Shown: in pieces, positions 57,697-64,000 of the stretch | Layout: the number at the start of each line of letters is the position of its first letter | How positions within the stretch are numbered: position 1 is the stretch's first letter | NCBI GenBank assembly: GCA_018971045.1 | Contig: JAGWVF010000005.1 | Location: forward strand, 10,764-74,763 | Direction of reading: 5' to 3' | Length of the DNA stretch: 64,000 nt | Source: Patescibacteria group bacterium | GTDB lineage: Bacteria; Patescibacteriota; Minisyncoccia; Phycocordibacterales; Phycocordibacteraceae | Position numbers and translations under genes: made by a program | The notes under the pieces: model-generated | What the model saw: only the letters and a program-made list of their open reading frames with translations | Database searches by the model: none | What the model was told of the DNA's origin: nothing

Positions 57697-58427
57697 CGTG
57701 AAGAATTAGGAAGGCGACGATACTGGAAATATTTAAGTACTTCAAATGCCGCAAAGAAGATGACAGTGACCGTCCAGACAAGAAAGAATGCGGTCAGCGT
57801 GGTCGAAGCACCTTGATTGATAATAAGCTCGTTAAAGGCAGTATGCAATGCGACGGCGAGGATAAGTCCGAGCGCCGCCGCGCCGCTGCGCACGAGCGGA
57901 CCCGATCGCGAGGAAAAGGCGAGCGCGAAGCCGATTGACGCCGAAGCGACGGCGTGGAGAAGAGTCGAACCGAGAAAGCGGACGTTGTCCGTAAAGATGC
58001 CGTCAATAAATTGGCCGCTAAAGAGCGGGGAGCCCAAAAAGAGCATATTTTCCGCGGCGGCGAACCCAAGCGCTACGGTGAGCATATAAACGACGTAATC
58101 CGGCGCTTCGTCGACGGCGCCTCGCCAGAGGATAAACGCGGCGGCCATGACGTATTTCAGAACTTCCTCGATAAGCGCCCAGGACAGTATGATGTGGAAT
58201 CCGGGCCGCGAAGGGCATTTGAGAAGCGTCTCAAGCGGAAGATGGGTACAGCTCCACTGCTCTGCCGGGAGCGCGAGCGGTACTGCCGCCATGCCGGCGA
58301 CGAAAGCGAACAAGATGATTTTCTTCGGCTCAGGGTGGGCGGCGTCCTCCTTAAGAAGAAAATAAAGCCAGATAAAAGAGGGCAACAATCCGCCCAAAAA
58401 CGCGTAACCGAGAGTCGTCGGAGTCAC
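57693..58427 (-). CDS. PrsW-family intramembrane metalloprotease
   Basis: EE motif ALIEEVLKY, FAAAEN, HTAFN. Confidence 0.7.
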   Translation of the reverse strand: MTPTTLGYAFLGGLLPSFIWLYFLLKEDAAHPEPKKIILFAFVAGMAAVPLALPAEQWSCTHLPLETLLKCPSRPGFHIILSWALIEEVLKYVMAAAFILWRGAVDEAPDYVVYMLTVALGFAAAENMLFLGSPLFSGQFIDGIFTDNVRFLGSTLLHAVASASIGFALAFSSRSGPLVRSGAAALGLILAVALHTAFNELIINQGASTTLTAFFLVWTVTVIFFAAFEVLKYFQYRRLPNSSR

Positions 58428-58445
58428 GAAACTATTGTAGCAGGT

Positions 58446-60623
58446 TTATGCGGGCCACTCCGCGACCATGAGGTAAGGAGCGTCTTTGGTGGGAAGGGAC
58501 TGCCAGATCTCTTCGGTGACAAACGGCATAAAGGGATGGAGCATCTTTACCGTGCGCGTGAGGAGAGTGAGGAGGAGCGCGGCGCGAGAGGCCTTCGCGG
58601 TTTCGTCGGCACCCGCGAAGATCGGCTTCGATTCTTCAAGAATCTTGTCCGCGAGCTCGTGCCAGGTGTAGTGATAGAGCTTCTCGGCGGCAAGATAAAC
58701 GCGGAACTCCTCGATATCGGTCGTGACTTCTTTAATAAGTGCGTCGCTTTGGTCGAGAAGCTCATGCTCGCGGGCGGGTAATTGATCACGCTCCGGGCCG
58801 CTCGACCAAGTCTTAGTATCAATTACCCGCCCGCTCGCATTCGCTTGCTCGAGAATAAACCGCGCGATGTTCCAGAGCTTGTTCGCAAAGTGCTTGTAGC
58901 CTTTTACTTTATCTTCGCTGATGCGCATATCCGTGCCCGGCGTGTTGCCGACCACGAGCGCCATTCGCGCGGCGTCGGCGCCAAACTTCGCGGCTATATC
59001 GAGGGGATCGAGATTATTCCCGAGCGATTTGCTTATCTTGCGTCCCTGCGCGTCGCGCACGAGGCCGTGGAGATAGACGGTCTTGAAGGGGATGGTGCCG
59101 AGCGTAAATCCGGTCAAAAGAATCATACGCGCGATCCAGAAGAAGAGGATATCGTAACCCGTCTCAAGCAGATCGGTCGGATGATAGGTAAGGAAATCGC
59201 TCGTTTCTTCCGGCCATCCGAGCGTTGAGAAGGTCCAGAGCCCCGAGGAGAACCACGTGTCGAGCGTATCCTCGTCCTGGATCCAGCCGTCGCTCGCTGG
59301 CGCGTCGCCCACAACAATCTCCTCGCCCCTATACCACACGGGGATGCGGTGGCCGTACCAGATCTGCCGGCTGATGCACCAATCGCGCAAGTTCTGAATC
59401 CAGTGAAAGTAGGTCTTCTCGAGATACTCGGGAAGTATCCGGATGTCTCCGAATCGCACCGGTTCGATCATAATCTCCTTAAGCGTTTTCCCGCGCCCCT
59501 CGATTTTACGGTTCACGTCGACGAACCATTGCAATTTTATCTGCGGCTCGACGATGCCGCCGGTGCGTTCGGCGGTGGCGATATTGTGAGTGTACGGCTC
59601 TTCCTTAGCCACGAGATGCTTCGCGCGCAGTTTCTCGATGATGAGCGGACGCGCTTCGGCGATCTTCATTCCGGCAAACTCGCCCGCGATCGGCAAGAGC
59701 TTCCCGTACCAATCGATGATCTGCTCTTTATCAAGCTCATGGCGCTCGGCGATATCGAAGTCCTCGTGGCTGTGCCATGGCGTGATCGTCATCACGCCCG
59801 TGCCGAAGCCCATATCGATCGATTCGTCTTTAATCACGGTCGCCGTGATCGGGCCATTAATCCACTCGGCTTCGAAGGTTTGGCCGTGCGTAAATTGCCG
59901 GTAGCGCGGATCGTCTGGATGCATTACCACGTACTTATCGCCGAACTTGGTCTCGGGGCGCGCGGTGCCGATCGTGAATGGCCCGTAGGTGAGGTAGTAA
60001 AAGGTCGTTTTTTCTTCCTGGTAGATAAGTTCGTCATCGGAGATGGTCGTCTGGCCCTTCGGGTCCCAGTTCACGATGCGATGGCCGCGATAAATGAGTC
60101 CGGCGTCGTACATATCTTTGAACACTTTGCGCACGGCGCGGCTGCGCGTCTCGTCGAGCGTGAACGCCTCCCGCGACCAATCAAGCGACGCCCCCATCGT
60201 CTTCAGTTGATTAACAATCGTGTCATGGCTTCCGGCGGCAAACGCCTCGATGCGTCTCAAGAGCTCTTCGCGGCCGATGTCGTGGCGGCTTTTATTTTCT
60301 TCTTTTTTTATTTGTTTTTCGACTACCGACTGAGTGGCGATGGCGGCGTGATCGGTGCCGGGGATCCAGAGCGTCCGGAATCCGCGCATGCGCTTGAAGC
60401 GAATGAATATATCCTCGATCGCGAGCATAAGCGCGTGGCCCATATGGAGCCGTCCGGTAACGTTCGGCGGCGGCAGTACGATTGAGTAGGGCGTGGCGTC
60501 GGCCCGGGTGACGCCCTGCTTCACGCATTCGTCGGGGTTAAACAGCCCGCTTCCTTCCCATTCCGCATAGATTCGGCTCTCGGTCGCAGAAGGGTCGTAG
60601 GGCTTCAGAAACTTGTCAGGCAT
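58446..60623 (-). CDS. valS: valyl-tRNA synthetase (short form, no C-terminal coiled coil)
   Basis: PPPNVTGRLHMGHAL (HIGH) and KISKS (KMSKS). It ends directly after the anticodon-binding domain. Confidence 0.85.
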   Translation of the reverse strand: MPDKFLKPYDPSATESRIYAEWEGSGLFNPDECVKQGVTRADATPYSIVLPPPNVTGRLHMGHALMLAIEDIFIRFKRMRGFRTLWIPGTDHAAIATQSVVEKQIKKEENKSRHDIGREELLRRIEAFAAGSHDTIVNQLKTMGASLDWSREAFTLDETRSRAVRKVFKDMYDAGLIYRGHRIVNWDPKGQTTISDDELIYQEEKTTFYYLTYGPFTIGTARPETKFGDKYVVMHPDDPRYRQFTHGQTFEAEWINGPITATVIKDESIDMGFGTGVMTITPWHSHEDFDIAERHELDKEQIIDWYGKLLPIAGEFAGMKIAEARPLIIEKLRAKHLVAKEEPYTHNIATAERTGGIVEPQIKLQWFVDVNRKIEGRGKTLKEIMIEPVRFGDIRILPEYLEKTYFHWIQNLRDWCISRQIWYGHRIPVWYRGEEIVVGDAPASDGWIQDEDTLDTWFSSGLWTFSTLGWPEETSDFLTYHPTDLLETGYDILFFWIARMILLTGFTLGTIPFKTVYLHGLVRDAQGRKISKSLGNNLDPLDIAAKFGADAARMALVVGNTPGTDMRISEDKVKGYKHFANKLWNIARFILEQANASGRVIDTKTWSSGPERDQLPAREHELLDQSDALIKEVTTDIEEFRVYLAAEKLYHYTWHELADKILEESKPIFAGADETAKASRAALLLTLLTRTVKMLHPFMPFVTEEIWQSLPTKDAPYLMVAEWPA

Positions 60624-60650
60624 TGACTGAAATATAGCAAATACAAGCGG

Positions 60651-61847
60651 TTATGCGAGCGAACGATTGCCGTCCGCCGTAATGTCGGTCGCGAACTCGC
60701 GGCGGAGCGCGCGGTAATAGCCAGCAAGCGCGATCATAATCGCATTATCAGTCGTGAGCGAGGCGGCAGGAATGCGGAGCGCAACCTGCGGATAATCAGC
60801 GGCTATCTTATGAGTGAAAGTGCGGCGGATGTGCGTGTTCGCCGAAACGCCGCCGCCGATGACGAGCGTTCGCGCCCCGGTCTCTTCGAGCGCTCGTGCG
60901 GTTTTCTTCCAGAGGACATCCGTAACCGCGTCTTCGAACTCATGCGCGAGGTGCATCTTTTCAGTATCGTCGAGCGGCGGGCGGTTTTTGAGAAGATAAA
61001 GCACGGCTGTCTTGAGGCCGGCGAAGGAGAAGTCGCAAGTCAATGAATCAATCATCGGTCGCGGCAACGTAATCTTGGACATCGGATGTCCTAGTTCAGA
61101 AACTAGGACATCCGATGTCCTAACTTGTTCGGCGAGGCGCGAGATCTCGGGACCGCCCGGATAGGGGAGGTCGAGCATGCGCGCAACCTTATCAAACGCC
61201 TCGCCGACCGCGTCGTCGCGCGTTTGTCCGATGAGCTCGTAGTCGAGCCATTTTTTCATGAGCACGAGCTCGGTATGGCCGCCGGAGATGAGAAGGGCGA
61301 TCACCGGCATTTGGACGCCGCGAATCAGGAGCGATTCCTCATCGCCCTTTTCTGCGAGCGCGGCCATCACGTGGCCTTCCATATGGTTCACCGCGACGAG
61401 CGGCTTCTGCCACAAGAGCGCGAGCGCTTTCGCGAAATTGATGCCGACCCAGAGCGCGGGTTCGAGGCCGGGACCCGCGGTTACCGCGATTACGTCGATT
61501 GGCGGCGTCTCACATTCGCTTACGAATTCAAAAAAAGCTTCGGCGAGCGAGTGTTCGCGCGACAAGATCGCGGCGATCTCGCTGCGTATTTCTTCGGGGA
61601 TGGATCGAGTATCTTCACGCAGGAGTTCTGCCTCCTCAAGCGCGGCTTCAAGGAGAGGAACGAGGTTCTTCGCGTGTTCGCGCTTCGCAAGCGCCGGGAA
61701 GACGCCTCCGTATTCCGCATGAAGAGCGACTTGCGAGAGGAGCGTATTGCCGAGTACGGTGAATCGGGCATCCGTCTCATTTCCCGCACATTCGAGAATC
61801 GCGATCGCGGTTTCGTCGCAAGAAGTCTCGATGGAGAGTATCTTCAT
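60651..61847 (-). CDS. tsaD: tRNA N6-adenosine threonylcarbamoyltransferase TsaD
   Basis: MKILSIETSCDETAIAI start. Kae1/TsaD motifs. It carries a palindromic in-frame insertion. Confidence 0.85.
   Translation of the reverse strand: MKILSIETSCDETAIAILECAGNETDARFTVLGNTLLSQVALHAEYGGVFPALAKREHAKNLVPLLEAALEEAELLREDTRSIPEEIRSEIAAILSREHSLAEAFFEFVSECETPPIDVIAVTAGPGLEPALWVGINFAKALALLWQKPLVAVNHMEGHVMAALAEKGDEESLLIRGVQMPVIALLISGGHTELVLMKKWLDYELIGQTRDDAVGEAFDKVARMLDLPYPGGPEISRLAEQVRTSDVLVSELGHPMSKITLPRPMIDSLTCDFSFAGLKTAVLYLLKNRPPLDDTEKMHLAHEFEDAVTDVLWKKTARALEETGARTLVIGGGVSANTHIRRTFTHKIAADYPQVALRIPAASLTTDNAIMIALAGYYRALRREFATDITADGNRSLA
61077..61120. repeat. 44-bp perfect palindrome (20-bp arms) inside tsaD
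   Basis: ggacatcggatgtcctagtt-caga-aactaggacatccgatgtcc. The palindrome encodes TSDVLVSELGHPMS in frame. Confidence 0.8.
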
Positions 61848-61849
61848 AA

Positions 61850-62737
61850 TTACGGCGTCTCTTCGCGTTTCTTCTCGATAGGCGTCCACGGGATGGGCTC
61901 TCCGTAGCGGATTTCGAAGCCGGCGGCGGCAGGATGGCCGTTGCCTCCGTATTTACGCGCAAGAGCGGCGACGTCGACGCTTTTGTCGCTTCGGAGCGAG
62001 ACGCGCAACCCCCCAGCCTCCGCGGAGATAATGATCGCAAGGGGCGGTTTCAGCTTCGCGAGCCGGTTTCCGATATCGCTCGTGAACTCGCCTGAAGCGC
62101 CAGCCAGATAACATTCGTATCCCTCAAATGAGACGATCTCGGCGTGGTGGATGCCGTGAACCACGACGTGTTCATGGTATTGAGCGAACAGCATTCCTGT
62201 TTCAACAATGCGTTTTCGTTCAACGGGGTCGTCTATGTCGGCGATAAATCCGCTCCACTTCTCGACATTCTTGAGATCAAAAGAAGCGAAAGAATCGGTG
62301 AGCGTGTACACGTACGCGAGTATGTTCCGAGCGTCAGGCAAGGCGAAGCGGTATAAATCTCCGTCTTCCACGTACGTGAGAAGCGCGGGGACAGGAACCT
62401 GCGGATGAAAATACGTCCACGCGATGACCGCGCCGGAGTGCGACGTGTCGAAGACTCCCGGGAACGCGGTCGCGACGTCGCGAACGCCTTCGTGGTGGTC
62501 GAGGATCGTTACCGACTTCGCGCGTTCCGCGATCCGATCCATTATTATTTTCGGATAGCAGAAGTCGATAAAGAAGAGATCCTTTCCATCGAGATGGTTG
62601 GGAATCGGCTTCCCGTATTTTAAAGGAATATATTCCGCCGTGTCGCCGAACTTCTTCCACGCGGCATACGCGCCGCCGAACCCGTCGGGGCAACCGCCAT
62701 GATAGAGCACGGCTATCTGGGGATGAGCTTCATGCAT
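61850..62737 (-). CDS. DHH-family phosphoesterase (NrnA-like)
   Basis: DHH motif ILDHHE. The GGxxDG-like motif HGGCPDGFG. Confidence 0.7.
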   Translation of the reverse strand: MHEAHPQIAVLYHGGCPDGFGGAYAAWKKFGDTAEYIPLKYGKPIPNHLDGKDLFFIDFCYPKIIMDRIAERAKSVTILDHHEGVRDVATAFPGVFDTSHSGAVIAWTYFHPQVPVPALLTYVEDGDLYRFALPDARNILAYVYTLTDSFASFDLKNVEKWSGFIADIDDPVERKRIVETGMLFAQYHEHVVVHGIHHAEIVSFEGYECYLAGASGEFTSDIGNRLAKLKPPLAIIISAEAGGLRVSLRSDKSVDVAALARKYGGNGHPAAAGFEIRYGEPIPWTPIEKKREETP

Positions 62738-62754
62738 ACCGCTAGTGTATCCGG

Positions 62755-63624
62755 TCAGCGCATAAAACGCACATACATTCCCGATGGGATGACGCGTTCG
62801 TTCGTTGATTCTTTAATGTACAGCTCGCCGCATTCGCCGGCTGTCTCGCCGAAGACACTCTCGATCGCCTGCGCGAACGAGCGCGGCGCATAGCCGGCCG
62901 CATAGCCGTTCGCGAGAAAAAAAGATCCCGGCTGATCATTGAAAATCTTTTTAAGTATGTCCAATAACGGAGTGAAATCCGTTTCGATTTTCCACACTTC
63001 GCCCTTAGCGCCGCGGCCAAAGGCGGGCGGATCGAGGATGATGCCGTCGTACGCGACGCCGCGGCGCGCTTCGCGCTTCGCGAACGCGAACGCGTCATCG
63101 AGTATCCAGCGGATCGCGTCCTCGCTCACTCCCGTGAGTTCGGCATTCTCGCGGGCCCAATCAAGCGACTGTCTCGAGGCGTCGACGTGCGTAATGAACG
63201 CGCCTTTCTGCGCCGCAATGATCGAGGCGATGCCGGTGTAGCCGAAGAGATTAAGCACCTGGGGCACGCGGGAGGTCGTTCGACCGAGGTGCTCCGAGAG
63301 CCACTGCCAATTCGGCGCCTGCTCCGGAAAGACGCCGGTATGCTTGAAGCCGGTGAGGCGTGCGACGAAGCGGATATCGTTCCATGAGAGCCGCCACGAC
63401 GCCGGTACTGACGGTTTTCTCTCCCACGCGCCTTTTGCGCCCTCGAAGGAAAAGCGGGCATGCGCCGACTCCCAGAGATCGGGGTGCCGCTTTTTCCACA
63501 GGGCCTGCGTCTCGGGACGCGCCACGATGACAGCGCCGAAGCGCTCGAGCTTCTCCCCACTGCCCGAATCAAGGAGTTCGTAATCGCTCCACGGGAGAGA
63601 GGTGAGATGCCGGTCGAATATCAT
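62755..63624 (-). CDS. class I SAM-dependent RNA methyltransferase (RlmI/RlmK-like)
   Basis: FGYTG SAM motif, ILDPPAF. Confidence 0.6.
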   Translation of the reverse strand: MIFDRHLTSLPWSDYELLDSGSGEKLERFGAVIVARPETQALWKKRHPDLWESAHARFSFEGAKGAWERKPSVPASWRLSWNDIRFVARLTGFKHTGVFPEQAPNWQWLSEHLGRTTSRVPQVLNLFGYTGIASIIAAQKGAFITHVDASRQSLDWARENAELTGVSEDAIRWILDDAFAFAKREARRGVAYDGIILDPPAFGRGAKGEVWKIETDFTPLLDILKKIFNDQPGSFFLANGYAAGYAPRSFAQAIESVFGETAGECGELYIKESTNERVIPSGMYVRFMR

Positions 63625-64000
63625 GGCTGTGAACGGCTCTCCTCACGCAGAGCCTCCGGATGCTTGTGCGACCATTCGTAAAAGACGACCGCCGCCGAGA
63701 CGGCGGCATTTAAGGACTCGGTGCGCGGATGCATCGGGATTGAAAGAGTAGCGTCGCAGTTCTCCATCGTCTTGTCCCGGATACCGGAGCCCTCATTCCC
63801 GATGATGAACGCCGCAGGCGCATCGAACGCATCGCTCCCGAGAACGAGAGTTCCTTTCATCGAGAGGCCGTAGATCCAAAAGCCTTTTTCCTTGAGCGCG
63901 GCGAGAGTCGCATTCACGTTGCCGATTGTCACGAGCGGAATGCGAAAGGCCATTCCCGAAGAGGCCTTTACCACAGCGCCGGTGATCGGCGCTTGGTGGC
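63621..64000 (-). CDS. SpoU/TrmH-family RNA 2'-O-methyltransferase, C-terminal part (start beyond window)
   Basis: IPMHPRTESLNAAVSAAVVFYE knot motif. The ORF runs off the window edge. Confidence 0.65.
   Translation of the reverse strand, partial: HQAPITGAVVKASSGMAFRIPLVTIGNVNATLAALKEKGFWIYGLSMKGTLVLGSDAFDAPAAFIIGNEGSGIRDKTMENCDATLSIPMHPRTESLNAAVSAAVVFYEWSHKHPEALREESRSQP

Noticed and set aside
1-64000. CRISPR arrays
   Set aside because: No regularly spaced direct repeats found. The only tandem repeats are the 2x 14-nt unit near tRNA-Ile and the CCGTCCAAGG boxes.

Overview
This 64-kb window is a high-GC bacterial chromosome segment. Short overlapping genes, tRNAs without encoded CCA, a short ValRS and a DGR would fit a CPR/Patescibacteria-like genome, but that is inference.

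The outer parts carry housekeeping genes: typA 3' end, an ABC/HlyD exporter, smpB-ssrA, ftsH, recG, malic enzyme, LemA, HtpX, class II RNR nrdJ, rnpB, murJ, lepA, valS, tsaD, and RNA methyltransferases.

Between tRNA-Gly (35425) and tRNA-Arg/tRNA-Phe (55561/55972) lies a roughly 20-kb, visibly more AT-rich island of mobile and defence-like content:
- a tightly overlapping operon: ThiS/MoaD-like Ubl with C-terminal extension, a small MoaE-like or E2-like protein, a JAB/MPN peptidase, a ThiF/E1-like enzyme, and a small membrane protein;
- a divergent XRE-HTH plus ImmA/IrrE metallopeptidase pair with a perfect inverted-repeat operator;
- a large serine recombinase;
- a type III R-M system (Mod/Res) preceded by a 4x repeated 10-bp motif;
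- a diversity-generating retroelement (RT, inverted Avd, and a TR/VR pair with strictly adenine-specific mismatches in a C-type-lectin-like C-terminus);
- an IS256-family insertion;
- a prophage remnant (terminase, two DNA methyltransferases including a ParB fusion).

Other notable items:
- an OlsA/OlsB-like aminolipid operon with its own ACP and PPTase plus a ThiF-like enzyme and a divergent nitroreductase;
- a tRNA-Ile(UAU) flanked by tRNA fragments;
- RNase P RNA next to a Y1 (IS200/RayT-like) transposase with palindromic repeats;
- a 44-bp perfect palindrome in frame inside tsaD.
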